From positions 128,001 through 192,000 of the forward strand of contig CAWEJX010000004.1 of assembly GCA_963809485.1 (NCBI GenBank): 64,000 nt of DNA. Reading direction: 5' to 3'. The notes under the pieces are model-generated. The model was not told the origin of the DNA. It saw only the letters and a program-made list of their open reading frames with translations, and did no database searches. The position numbers and the translations under genes were made by a program. The DNA is from an uncultured Acidobacteriota bacterium (GTDB lineage Bacteria; Acidobacteriota; UBA6911). Below are positions 10,301 to 19,741 of this stretch, piece after piece. Position 1 is the stretch's first letter. Every line of letters begins with the position of its first letter.

Positions 10301-10583
10301 AAGCAACGCGGAACTGATTGAGGCAATCATCCATGGCGCCGTCAAACGGGTTCGTCCGAAAATGATGACTGTGTCGGCCGCATTTATGGGTTTGATGCCC
10401 ATCATGTGGTCGGTCGGCGCCGGCTCGGACATGATGAAAAGGGTGGTCGCCCCCATGGTGGGCGGGCTGGCCACATCATTTGCGATGGAGTTGCTGGTCT
10501 ATCCGGCCATTTATTACCTCTGGAAATGGCATTCTGATGTGAAGCATCAGGCCCTCACTTCTCCGAGAGGAGCATTGCTATGA
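7302..10583 (+). CDS. cusA: CusA/CzcA-family heavy-metal RND efflux pump (Cu/Ag type)
   Basis: 'DAIPDLSDIQVIV', 'GPDATGVGWVYQYAL', 'GSEFMPPLNEG', 'TSTDPAPFSMMET', 'AVKRVRPKMMT'. Confidence 0.95.
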   Translation: MIEKIIDWCARQKFVVLVFAAAVVAIGIWSLQNQPVDAIPDLSDIQVIVYSRWDRSPDILEDQVTYPITTALLGAPKVKAIRGYSDFGFSYVYIIFEDGTDIYWARSRVLEYLSKVIPTLPPEVRTEIGPDATGVGWVYQYALVDESGTHSLADLRSFQDWNLRYALQSVPGVAEVATVGGFQNQYQVTVDREKLNAYNISVTEVANAVRNANVESGGRLIEFSGREYMVRGRGYLKSEGDLEQVVIKTDNRGTPVLLRDVARIERGPEIRRGVADLDGKGDAVGGIIVMRHSENADKVIKRVKAKLAELEPSLPKGVRVINTYDRSELIEASIDTLKHELIVEMIIVSAVILVFLWHIPSALIPIVTIPVAVLLSFIPMRMMGLNSNIMSLAGIAISIGVLVDGAIVEVENAYKKLELWTEGGRQGDFHEVRLQALKEVGPSVFFSLLVIAIAFLPIFTLVDQEGRLFKPLAFTKNFAMAIAAILAITLDPAMRMLFARMDYFQFRPKPLAWITNQLLVGKYYKEEKHPISRILFRIYEPPARWVLRHPKTTIAIALVLVSTTVPIYFRLGSEFMPPLNEGTILYMPTTLPGISVAEAQRVLQLQDQLIKSIPEVERVFGKAGRAETSTDPAPFSMMETTILLKPKAEWRHRMQWYSRWSPEWLKNLVFRRIWPDRITWDELIDEMDATVRIPGITNAWTMPIRARIDMLTTGVRTPIGIKIFGPDLKEIEKIGAHLEAIMKDVPGTRSVYAERVAGGYFVDFDLKRSELARYGLSVADAQNVITSAIGGENVTTTIEGRARYPVNVRYPRELRDNFERLSQVLVSTPSGAQIPISQIADIKRVSGPSMIRNENGMLAGYVFVDLASKDIGGYVEYAKKVVREKLSLPAGYSLVWSGQYENMLRVRERLKIVVPITLFLIFTLLYMNTKSVVKASIVMLAVPFSLIGAVWIMWILNYNISIAAWVGMIALMGLDAETGVFMLLFLDLSYEDAKRKGQLRSNAELIEAIIHGAVKRVRPKMMTVSAAFMGLMPIMWSVGAGSDMMKRVVAPMVGGLATSFAMELLVYPAIYYLWKWHSDVKHQALTSPRGALL

Positions 10584-11269
10584 AACGATTGACGGTTACT
10601 CTGCTTGCCTGTTTCTTTCTCCTTGCAGGGAATGTATGGGGAGAAACTTTTCAGGTTGAACATGACCATTTCTGGCGCGGCTGCAAGGGGAAGCTGGTGT
10701 TCGGAGAAAGCACGGTCGAGTTTATCGCGGCGAAGAAGGAACACTCGCAGCTTTGGAAATACGAAGACATCCAGCAGGTGGCGATTGCTCCCGGCCGGAT
10801 CTTGATCCTCACCTATGACGCCAGGAAAATCGACCTCGGCGCCGATCATCTTTTCAACTTCAAGCTGCTGTCCGGAACGTTGAGCGATCAGTTTCGAAGG
10901 GAGATCGAAAAGAAGCTGTCTCGTCCCCTCGTTTCCGCCATTTTGCCCGAGCGGAATAAGCCGCGGTTTTCCATTCCCGCGCGCCACCGGCTGTTTCTGA
11001 ACGACTCTCAGGGCGTCCTGGAATTTGGGGAGGAATACGTGGTATATCGATCCCAGACTTCCAAGGATTCGCGCGTCTGGCGCTACGACGAGCTGATGGA
11101 TGTTGGCAGCACGGGCCCGTTCCAGCTCCGCATCGGAGCGCTCCAGAAAACGGGTGGAGAATACGGAGAGGAAAAAAACTACGTCTTTGACCTTAAGCGG
11201 CGGATTACACCGTCGGAATATGATTTTATCTGGGAAAAAATCAACCGGCGCCTGATCAGCGGAAAGTGA
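10580..11269 (+). CDS. Secreted hypothetical protein with an internal two-fold repeat
   Basis: Signal peptide; ATGA overlap with cusA; repeated 'F...H.H....G.L.FGE..V.....S..W.Y.++..V' units. Confidence 0.7.
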   Translation: MKRLTVTLLACFFLLAGNVWGETFQVEHDHFWRGCKGKLVFGESTVEFIAAKKEHSQLWKYEDIQQVAIAPGRILILTYDARKIDLGADHLFNFKLLSGTLSDQFRREIEKKLSRPLVSAILPERNKPRFSIPARHRLFLNDSQGVLEFGEEYVVYRSQTSKDSRVWRYDELMDVGSTGPFQLRIGALQKTGGEYGEEKNYVFDLKRRITPSEYDFIWEKINRRLISGK

Positions 11270-11440
11270 ATCGCAGCAACCTCCTGCTTGACAATTTCAC
11301 TGAGACGGCAGGTCCCGGATTCAAAGTTGCGGCTTGACCCCAAAAAGCCCGGAACCTGAACCTGAGACCCGGGGCTTTGGCTAAAAAGAGCGACAGCATG
11401 AACCACCGGGTTTATTATTAACAGTTGAGGGATTGGAAAT

Positions 11441-12898
11441 ATGACAGCCCCTACAATACTTATTGCCGACGACGACTCCAGCTTTCGCCGGGTTCTGGAA
11501 TACCAGCTGAAGCAGGCCGGTTATGTCGTCCTGAAAGCCGAAGATGGGAGGAAAGCCCTCGAGATTTTTTCACAAAATCGCTGTCATGCGGTATTGACGG
11601 ACCTGGACATGCCTGAGCTTTCGGGGAATGAACTTCTGAAGGCTATCAAGCAGCAATCTCCCGACACCCCGGTCATTGTCATTACGGCCTATGGCACGAT
11701 CGATTCTGCCGTGGATGCCATGAAGGCCGGGGCATTCCATTATGTGACAAAGCCCGTAAACCGGGACGCGCTGCTCCACACGCTGGATCAAGCTCTTAAA
11801 TTCGCCGGATTGATAACGGAAAACCGCAATTTGCGCGAAGCAGTGTCCACGGCATTCAGATTTGAGGGGGTCGTGGGCCATACGAAAGCCATGCAGCGCG
11901 TTATCGATCAGGCGACACGGCTTGCGCATGTGGACACCACGGTTCTGATCGAGGGCGAAAGCGGGACGGGCAAGGAAATTCTGGCCAAGGCGATTCACTT
12001 CAACAGCGCGCGTAAAGGGATGCTGTTCCTCGTAATCAACTGCAGCGCAATTCCGGATACGCTATTCGAATCCGAGCTTTTCGGATATCGCAAGGGAGCT
12101 TTTACAGGCGCCATCGCGAACAAGCCGGGCAAATTCGAGGCGGCGGACGGGGGCACGGTCTTTCTGGATGAAATCGGCGAGCTTCCTGCGCAGCTTCAGG
12201 CTAAGGTCCTGAGGGTCGTGCAGGAGAATGAGATCGACGTAATCGGTGAAACCAGGCCCCGCAAGATTGATGTTCGAATTATTGCGGCCACAAACCGGGA
12301 TCTCCGGCAGATGAGCGCAGAGGGTCAATTCCGGCAGGATTTGTATTACAGGTTGAGCGTAGCCACTCTGCAGGTCCCGCCGCTGCGCAATCGCAGGGAG
12401 GATATCCCTCTCCTGGTACGCTCGTTTTCGGAAAGCATAAGCAGGCACCTGGGAAAACATCCGGTTACCATCGGTAACGACATCCTGCGCAGGCTGGAAA
12501 TGCACTCCTGGCCCGGGAATGTCCGGGAACTGGAGAATGCGGTTGAAAGATTGATCGTGTTTTCCCAAGAGAGCGTCGCCCGTTTGGAGGATCTGCCGGA
12601 TGAAATACTCCGGCCCCGCCTGACCGTCGGAAAAGCCTTGCTCAGTGTTCCGCCGGAAGGGGTCTCGATGGCAGAACTTGAAAAAGAGCTGGTGATTACG
12701 GCTCTCGAGCGGACTTCCTGGAATCAGACCCGGGCAGCCGATTTCCTGCATATCTCCCGGAACGTGCTCATTTATCGGATGCAGAGGTATCGCCTCGGAC
12801 CCTACAAGGACCTGCCTTCAGATGCGGCAACACTCCCGCCCGAGGAAGAGGGCAATGACGCCGCAGCCAAGGAACCCATACAAACGGAACGACAATGA
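11441..12898 (+). CDS. Sigma54-dependent response regulator (ZraR/AtoC/NtrC family)
   Basis: Receiver domain (DD..D..K), [30 protein letters not shown], Fis-type HTH. Confidence 0.95.
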   Translation: MTAPTILIADDDSSFRRVLEYQLKQAGYVVLKAEDGRKALEIFSQNRCHAVLTDLDMPELSGNELLKAIKQQSPDTPVIVITAYGTIDSAVDAMKAGAFHYVTKPVNRDALLHTLDQALKFAGLITENRNLREAVSTAFRFEGVVGHTKAMQRVIDQATRLAHVDTTVLIEGESGTGKEILAKAIHFNSARKGMLFLVINCSAIPDTLFESELFGYRKGAFTGAIANKPGKFEAADGGTVFLDEIGELPAQLQAKVLRVVQENEIDVIGETRPRKIDVRIIAATNRDLRQMSAEGQFRQDLYYRLSVATLQVPPLRNRREDIPLLVRSFSESISRHLGKHPVTIGNDILRRLEMHSWPGNVRELENAVERLIVFSQESVARLEDLPDEILRPRLTVGKALLSVPPEGVSMAELEKELVITALERTSWNQTRAADFLHISRNVLIYRMQRYRLGPYKDLPSDAATLPPEEEGNDAAAKEPIQTERQ

Positions 12899-14016
12899 AT
12901 CCCGACGCACCGAAAAACCCGGCGCACGTGAATCTGAAGGCCGGGATTGTTGCTGCTTTCGTTTTGATAATCACCGTTCTGCATTTCTCAACCAGCACCG
13001 AACACCTGTATCTTCATCAGATTTATCAACGAAGCTATTACATACCGATCGTGCTGGCCAGTTTCTGGTTCCAGATACGGGGAGGCTTGGCTACAGCGGC
13101 TGTTTTAAGTTCGCTGTACGTCATTCACATCTGGCGTGATTGGTCGCACCATCCCGACTATTCGTTTCAGCAGTACGCCGAGATTGCCATGTATCTGCTC
13201 ATAGCCGTGCTGCTGGGATATCTGTCGCAGGTTCAACGCAAGACTCGGGAGCAGCTGGAACAGGCAGGGTCTCAACTAAAAGCAGCCTACCAAAAACTCA
13301 GTGAGACCTACGATCAGTTGCGGCACTCAGAACGTCTGGCGTCATTGGGTCAGCTATCCGCCGGCATTGCTCATGAGATTCGAAATCCGTTGGGTTCCAT
13401 ACAGGGAGCCGTTGAGATTCTCGCGCAGGATCTACCGGCGGAGGATCCAAAATCCGAATTTGCCCAAATCGCCAGGAAGGAAGTATCCAGGCTCGAAAAA
13501 CTGACGAGTGAAATACTGCAGTTTTCAAAACCAGCTCCACCCAGGCAACTGCCGACCGAATGGCGGGAAATTGCAGATGCCGCCAGAAGGCTGTGTGCCG
13601 ATCGGGCTGTACGAAAGGGGATTGAGATTGTCGATCAGGTCGGTTCCTCCGGCAGACCGATTTTTGTGGACCCCGAACAGGTGAAACAAGTGCTGATTAA
13701 TATCCTGATAAACGCTATACAGGCTTTGCCCGAAGGAGGGAGCCTTGCAATTCGGGATTATCAGGAGAAAAACGAATCGATTTTGTCCATCCGGGATAGC
13801 GGTCCGGGAATCGATCCTGCACAGCTGGACCACATTTTTGATCCATTCTTCACAACCAAGCGTGAAGGCACCGGTCTGGGACTATCGATTTCGTTTCAGC
13901 TTGTGAAAAACAACGGAGGCCGGATCTGGGTGACCTCCGAACCTGGGAAGGGCGCGTGTTTTCATGTAGGTTTTCCCGTTCATCCAACCACTGCAAAACC
14001 TTTAAATGAAAACTGA
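12895..14016 (+). CDS. Membrane sensor histidine kinase
   Basis: N-terminal TM helices; H-box 'AHEIRNPL'; N box 'NILINAIQA'; 'DSGPGI', 'FFTTKREGTGLGL'. Confidence 0.95.
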   Translation: MNPDAPKNPAHVNLKAGIVAAFVLIITVLHFSTSTEHLYLHQIYQRSYYIPIVLASFWFQIRGGLATAAVLSSLYVIHIWRDWSHHPDYSFQQYAEIAMYLLIAVLLGYLSQVQRKTREQLEQAGSQLKAAYQKLSETYDQLRHSERLASLGQLSAGIAHEIRNPLGSIQGAVEILAQDLPAEDPKSEFAQIARKEVSRLEKLTSEILQFSKPAPPRQLPTEWREIADAARRLCADRAVRKGIEIVDQVGSSGRPIFVDPEQVKQVLINILINAIQALPEGGSLAIRDYQEKNESILSIRDSGPGIDPAQLDHIFDPFFTTKREGTGLGLSISFQLVKNNGGRIWVTSEPGKGACFHVGFPVHPTTAKPLNEN

Positions 14017-14020
14017 TCGT

Positions 14021-15181
14021 CTAACCCGCGGCAATTTCGTTCAACGCCGTTGCCGCCTGACGGACATCCTCCTTTGTTGAGAGAATTCCGACGCTGAACC
14101 GCACCACACCTTGAGGAAATGATCCAAGGTGTTTGTGCGCGTAGGGAGCGCAGTGCAATCCGGCGCGGACCGCTATTCCATACCGTTCATCCAGTATCGC
14201 CGCGAGTTCCGTAGGCTCGAATTCCGAAAAATTGATTCCCACAAGGCCGATCCGTCCTTCCCCCCGGCGTTCGGCAATAGCCCTGTCAGCGCCGTACCAG
14301 TTAAACAATTCAGGGGCTTTGAAGGCGCGGTAAAATTCGGCGATCAGGGCTCTTTCGTGAGCCAGGATACTTTGTACCCCACGGTCCAGCAGAAGCTTTA
14401 CGCCCTCCCGCAGGCCGGCAATTCCAAAAACATTGGGAGTCCCTCCTTCGAGGCGATGAGGCAACTCTGATGGTTGAACCGGCGACGATGAGTCTCCCCC
14501 GGTCCCTCCCTCGCGCCACGGAGACACCTCAACACGTTCTCCGACCAGTAGTCCGCCGGTCCCCGTGGGGCCGAGCAGCGCCTTGTGCCCTGTAAATGCC
14601 AGCAGATCGATGCAATCACTATCGAAATCAATCGGCACCACACCTGCGCTCTGCGACGTATCGACAAGGAAGACCGAGTTGCGTTCGCGCACAATCCTGC
14701 CTATCGTGCCGATAGCCTGGATTGTGCCGGTCACATTCGAGGCATGGGTCAGGGCAACCAGGCGTGTGGATGGCTTGAAAGCTTTTGCCACCTCATCAGG
14801 ATCGATGACGTGATCGCTGCCGGCCTGCAATCGAGTCAGCGTAATGACGCCATGCCGCTCCATCTGATTCAGCGGGCGTGAAACCGAATTGTGCTCCAAT
14901 ACGGAAGTAATCGCGTGATCTCCCGAACGGAGCACCCCCTTGATCGCCATGTTGAGCGCGTCGGTTGCATTCAACGTAAAAACCACGCGCTCCGGGCGCC
15001 TGAATCCCATAAGACGGGCAATCAACCTCCTGGTCTCATCCACCATCGCCTCCGCCTCAACGGCCAGGCGGTGGCCGCTGCGTCCCGGATTGGCTGCAGC
15101 CGACCGGATGAAGGCATCCATGCCTCGATAGACCTGCTCCGGTTTGGGAAACGATGTCGCTGCATTATCCAGGTAAATCAT
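14021..15181 (-). CDS. Class V aminotransferase, cysteine desulfurase/selenocysteine lyase-like
   Basis: 'IYLDNAATSFPKP', 'EHNSV', 'HASNVTG', PLP lysine in 'TGHKALLGP', 'RAGLHCA'. Confidence 0.9.
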   Translation of the reverse strand: MIYLDNAATSFPKPEQVYRGMDAFIRSAAANPGRSGHRLAVEAEAMVDETRRLIARLMGFRRPERVVFTLNATDALNMAIKGVLRSGDHAITSVLEHNSVSRPLNQMERHGVITLTRLQAGSDHVIDPDEVAKAFKPSTRLVALTHASNVTGTIQAIGTIGRIVRERNSVFLVDTSQSAGVVPIDFDSDCIDLLAFTGHKALLGPTGTGGLLVGERVEVSPWREGGTGGDSSSPVQPSELPHRLEGGTPNVFGIAGLREGVKLLLDRGVQSILAHERALIAEFYRAFKAPELFNWYGADRAIAERRGEGRIGLVGINFSEFEPTELAAILDERYGIAVRAGLHCAPYAHKHLGSFPQGVVRFSVGILSTKEDVRQAATALNEIAAG

Positions 15182-15198
15182 ACTGTGCCTCCCGAGCC

Positions 15199-16245
15199 TC
15201 AGTTGCCGACATAACGAGCATAGAGGGATTTGGCAACCGCTACATCGTATGTGCCGTTGATAATGGCCCGTCCGTCAGGAAAAACGGTCAACTGATAGCC
15301 GTCAATGGTTGCTTTCAGTAGAAACCGGTTGCGTTTCAGATGGGCGAGCGGGCCGAGTCTTTGGGCCAACTCTTCCAGGTCGATCCGGGTGTCTTCACGC
15401 CGTCTGATTTGCACCGAGTTACGACCGCAGAGTGTCGTCACATCGGCGCCCAATCGTCCATCAAGATAGGCAAAATCCTTAAGCCCGCAGCACGGACAAT
15501 CGCGTTTCCGGTGAGGAGCGCCGATCGCTTCGTGGCGGTTGTCCCAAAGATCTGTGGATATTATTTTGCGGTTTACGGCTTCCCTTCTGCCTGCCAGAAT
15601 TTTAAGCGCTTCTGCCACCTGAGTCGCAGCAATGACTGAAACGATCGGGCCGATCACGCCGGCAGTGTCGCAGGAGGGCGATACGCCGGGCGGGGACGCA
15701 TCCTCGAACACGCAACGCAGGCAGGGGGTTTCTCCCGGCAGCACTGGAAATGTCAGCCCATAGGATCCCACACACGCCCCATAGATCCAGGGGACATTAT
15801 TTTTTACCGCATAGTCGTTGATCAGAAAGCGCGCCTCAAAATTATCGGTGGCGTCCATAATCAGGTCAAAGCCGCCAAGAAGATGGTCTGCGGACGCGGC
15901 ATTCAGGTCCTCAACCAGCCCTTCAACCTTGATCAGCGAATTTGCGCAGCAAAGCTTTCTCTCGGCTGCTATGGCTTTGGGCATAACAGCCTTGACGTCT
16001 TCCTCGTCGAACAGTATCTGCCGCTGCAGGTTGCTCTCCTCTACAAAATCCCGGTCGACAATGCGCAACGTGCCGACACCTGCACGCGCAAGCAGCGAAG
16101 CCTGCACCGTGCCAAGGGCTCCGCAGCCGACAATGACGACGCGCGAGGCGATGATTCGCGCTTGCCCCTCCTGACCGATTCCCTGGAATAGAACCTGCCT
16201 TGAATAGCGCGAATGCACCGGGGTAATAGTGCCTGATGTCGTCAT
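15199..16245 (-). CDS. ThiF/MoeB-family adenylyltransferase
   Basis: 'RYSRQ', GCGALG, 'DRDFVEESNLQRQ', 'DATDNF', and CxxC Zn motifs (PCLRC, CPCC). Confidence 0.9.
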   Translation of the reverse strand: MTTSGTITPVHSRYSRQVLFQGIGQEGQARIIASRVVIVGCGALGTVQASLLARAGVGTLRIVDRDFVEESNLQRQILFDEEDVKAVMPKAIAAERKLCCANSLIKVEGLVEDLNAASADHLLGGFDLIMDATDNFEARFLINDYAVKNNVPWIYGACVGSYGLTFPVLPGETPCLRCVFEDASPPGVSPSCDTAGVIGPIVSVIAATQVAEALKILAGRREAVNRKIISTDLWDNRHEAIGAPHRKRDCPCCGLKDFAYLDGRLGADVTTLCGRNSVQIRRREDTRIDLEELAQRLGPLAHLKRNRFLLKATIDGYQLTVFPDGRAIINGTYDVAVAKSLYARYVGN

Positions 16246-16325
16246 GGATACCTCCCGGGGCCAATGATTCCTCCATCAGCCCAGCAGCCACGATAGCCGT
16301 AACCGGCCGGCATCATGGCCAATCT

Positions 16326-17295
16326 TCATACAGGTATGTTTTGAAACAGTATTGACGAATGATACCTATCCGCGGAATCGGGCAGTATCACGACTATGAG
16401 TTTTCCCTCGTTTTCCGGCCGTGCGGCAACTTTCACGGCAGCTGCCGTCGCCGCTCCGGAAGAGATGCCCGCCGTGATGCCCTCTTCTTTGTGGAGGCGA
16501 TGGGTCATTTCAATCGCCTCGTCGCTGGTCACTCTCTGCACCTCATCCACGATGCTGAGATCAAGGACCTCCGGCTTGAAGCCGGCGCCTATGCCCTGGA
16601 TCTTGTGCGGACCTGGTTTTGGAGGTTCGCCATGGATGACAGCGGTCAGCACAGCTGATTCGGAGGGCTCAACTGCGACGCTCCACAGGGATTTGTGCAT
16701 TGCCCGCTCAATATACCGGCTCACACCCGTGATGGTTCCTCCGGTTCCTACTCCCGCAACCAGAATGTCGATCCCGCCGTCTGTATCATTCCAGATCTCC
16801 GGCCCCGTGGTCTGATAGTGGATTTCCGGGTTGGCCGGATTTTTAAACTGCTGCGGCATCCAGTACTTCTTCGGGTCCGAAGCAACAATTTCTTCGGCCC
16901 TGGCAATGGCACCCGACATCCCCTTGGCGCCCTCAGTCAGGATTACGTCCGCCCCGAACGCCTTCAGCATTCGCCTTCTTTCGAGCGACATGGTTTCCGG
17001 CATCGTCAGCACCAGCGGATAGCCCCGGGACGCTGCGACGAATGCCAGGGCTATGCCCGTATTGCCGCTTGTGGGTTCGACAATGGTTACGTCGCTGGAC
17101 CCAGGCTTCAGGATTCCGTCACGTTCCGCCGCCCAGATCATGGATGCCCCAATCCGGCATTTGACCGAATAGGATGGATTGCGGCCTTCAATTTTTGCCA
17201 CCACAACGGCGGGCAAGCCGGCGGTGATACGGTTCAGTTTGACAAGCGGGCGTATTACCGATGGAAAGCGAGTTGTCGTCATATATTTTTGCCAT
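16326..17295 (-). CDS. cysK: Cysteine synthase A, with a single-base frameshift near 17249
   Basis: The true N-terminus [16 protein letters not shown] (ATG 17295, AGGAG RBS) is one base out of frame with LVKLNRI. Motifs '[11 protein letters not shown]', 'EPTSGNTG', 'GVGTGGT', 'PHKIQGIG'. Confidence 0.92.
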
Positions 17296-17379
17296 ATTCT
17301 TCTCCTGATTCGCATTTCTCCCGAAATCGAAATCAACCTCCACGATCCGACGCTCAACCGAAAAGCGGGCCCCCCGTCT

Positions 17380-17827
17380 CTAGATCGAGTATGTCAGAGC
17401 CGTAGCTTTCTGCCTCCTGGCCTCATCATCGACCAGGTCCTGGAAACTGGTCCGGTCATACACATCCGAAACCGCTTTTGCCGCGCGCTTCCACATGTCG
17501 AGGAAAACACAGTTGCCGGAAAGAGTGCAGCTTCTAGCAGACATGCCGGTCATGCATTCAACCGGGACCAGAGGGCCCTCGACGAATTGCACAATCTCTC
17601 CAACCGATAATTGCGCGGGGTTGCCGGGCCAGAAAATATCCTCCCTCCGCTCCGCGCCGCGACTGGACGAATCCTGCCTGCCTTAGCTGGCCCAGGATGA
17701 CTTCGAGGAAGCGCAAAGGGATCGCCTGAGTGTCTGCAATATCACCGATCCTGATCGGGCCCTCGCCGTGCCTCCGGGCCAGTTCAAACACCGCTCGAAT
17801 TGCATACTGGCATTTCTGGGAAACCAT
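17380..17827 (-). CDS. Rrf2-family (IscR/CymR-like) regulator, frameshifted in the G4 run at 17617-17620
   Basis: '[10 protein letters not shown]', '[12 protein letters not shown]'. After removing one base it continues '[20 protein letters not shown]...C...C', retaining three Cys. Confidence 0.9.
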
Positions 17828-17899
17828 TTTACTCCGCGATGCGCTAATCGAGTGGCGCCTTGGATCACGCTATTCATGCCCGGGTCCCTGTGCATCAGT

Positions 17900-19738
17900 T
17901 TATTGCCTACTGATGACAAAAACGGCCATGTCGGCAAGCAGGTTTATGTCATCCTCGACCACACGCCCCTCCTCCGTATCCAGGGCGATGCATTCGTGAA
18001 TTTGTATTCCCCGTTTCCGGCAGAACTCCTCAAAATCGGAAATTGACAGGAAACGGATATTGGGCGTGTTGTACCATTCATGGCGCAGCAGCCCTGACGC
18101 TACAGGAGATCTTCCTTCGTCGTGGAGCATGGCGCGCAGCTTGTGATAGGCAAAATTCGGAAAACTTACGATAGATTTCCGGCCCACTCTCAACATGTCG
18201 GCGATCAGGCGCTCCACATCATGGACGGCCTGAAGGGTGTGAGACAGAACCACATAGTCAAACTGCGCATCCGCGAACGCAGCCAGGCCCAGGTTGAGAT
18301 CCGCCTGGACGACATCGAAACCCCGCTGGAGGCTGGAAAGGACATCCTCCTGGTTGAGTTCAAGCCCCAGGAGCTTCCGCTCGCCATGCAAGTGGAGCTT
18401 CGCCAGAAGCGATCCTCGGCCGCAGCCGAGATCCAGCACGCTGGCTTCCGGCTTTATCAGCTTCACGATTTGATCATAGTCAAGCCTGGGCGAGCGTTGC
18501 GCCCCGAAGATGCTCGCCGGTGCATAGATATAGACGTCGTCCTCTTCGAAGCTCCTGGGTGTCCCTTGGTGGACATTATCCAGGAAAGCGCGTACAAGCT
18601 CCCCATAAATGGGCAGATCGTCCGGCAGCAGAAAGGCATCATGGCCGCACTTGCTGGCAATGTTGCAGTAGCTGACCGGTTTCCCGAGAGCGATAAGCGA
18701 ATGCGTCAGCTCGAGGGACTGCTCCGGCGGAAACAGCCAGTCGCTGGTAAAGCTTGCTATGAGCCAGCGGCATTGTGATCGGATTAGGTTTGCCTTGAGC
18801 TCCTCCGCGGTTCGCCCGAGATCGAACAGGTCCATGGCCAGGGACAGCTTGATGTAGCTGTTGGCATCGAACCGTTCAACAAACTTGTCTCCCTGGTAGG
18901 CCAGATAGGAGCCGACGCTGAATTTCTTTTCGAACTCGGTTTCGATTTCGCGCGGCCGCAGCCGGTCTGCGCCAAACTTCTCCCGCATGGATTCCGGAGA
19001 GAGGTAGGTGATGTGGCCCAGCATGCGGGCCAGCGCAAGGCCGGCCGCAGGAACCGCGCCGTTATCGACATATTGGCCGCCGTTGAAGTTGGCGTCGCGC
19101 CGTATAGCATTGCGCCCGACCACATCAAAGGCCAGGGCTTGCGTCGTCAAGCGGGCTGAAGTGGCAAGCGCAACCGCTCCGGCCACCTCGCCGGGATATT
19201 GTATGGCCCACGTCAGGACCTGCTGGCCGCCCATGGATCCGCCGATCACCGCAAGAAGGCGGCGAACCCCAAGGTGCTGCACAAGCCTTCGTTGTGTATT
19301 GACGATATCGTGAGTTGTGATGGTCGGGAAGTCGGCTCCATACCTGCGTCCCGTTTCCGGATTCAGGCTGTTCGGCCCGGTAGTTCCGCGGCAGCCGCCC
19401 AGGGCATTCGGGCAAATAAGGAAATACCGGTCCGTATTGATCGCTTTTCCGGGTCCGACCATGATGTCCCACCAGCCGGGATCATCGGCTGCATCATGGC
19501 GAGCTACGTGGGAATCGCCGCTCAATGCATGGCAGATCAGAATGGCGTTGTCCCTGGCCTCGTTCAGCCGGCCGTAGGTCTCGTATGCCACCGCTATATC
19601 CCGGATCTGCCCGCCCAGTTCAAGCTCGAGCGGGTCCCGGAATTGGCAGCTTTGGACATGCCTGAGAGGGCGGGAGGAGCGAACGCTGTCACTGCTTTGA
19701 AATGTTTCGGCCATTTTGGCTTCACGATCCGGCTGCAT
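17900..19738 (-). CDS. metX: Homoserine O-acetyltransferase fused to a MetW-like methyltransferase domain
   Basis: 'HALSGDSH', 'GGSMGG', 'SDWLFP', 'GHDAFL'; C-terminal 'VLDLGCGRG', 'SFPNFA', 'WYNTPNIRF'. Confidence 0.92.
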   Translation of the reverse strand: MQPDREAKMAETFQSSDSVRSSRPLRHVQSCQFRDPLELELGGQIRDIAVAYETYGRLNEARDNAILICHALSGDSHVARHDAADDPGWWDIMVGPGKAINTDRYFLICPNALGGCRGTTGPNSLNPETGRRYGADFPTITTHDIVNTQRRLVQHLGVRRLLAVIGGSMGGQQVLTWAIQYPGEVAGAVALATSARLTTQALAFDVVGRNAIRRDANFNGGQYVDNGAVPAAGLALARMLGHITYLSPESMREKFGADRLRPREIETEFEKKFSVGSYLAYQGDKFVERFDANSYIKLSLAMDLFDLGRTAEELKANLIRSQCRWLIASFTSDWLFPPEQSLELTHSLIALGKPVSYCNIASKCGHDAFLLPDDLPIYGELVRAFLDNVHQGTPRSFEEDDVYIYAPASIFGAQRSPRLDYDQIVKLIKPEASVLDLGCGRGSLLAKLHLHGERKLLGLELNQEDVLSSLQRGFDVVQADLNLGLAAFADAQFDYVVLSHTLQAVHDVERLIADMLRVGRKSIVSFPNFAYHKLRAMLHDEGRSPVASGLLRHEWYNTPNIRFLSISDFEEFCRKRGIQIHECIALDTEEGRVVEDDINLLADMAVFVISRQ

Positions 19739-19741
19739 GGG

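Noticed and set aside
17245-17620. Programmed frameshifting or phase variation in cysK and rrf2
   Set aside because: The runs are only 3-4 nt with no slippery heptamer, and similar indels occur throughout the window.
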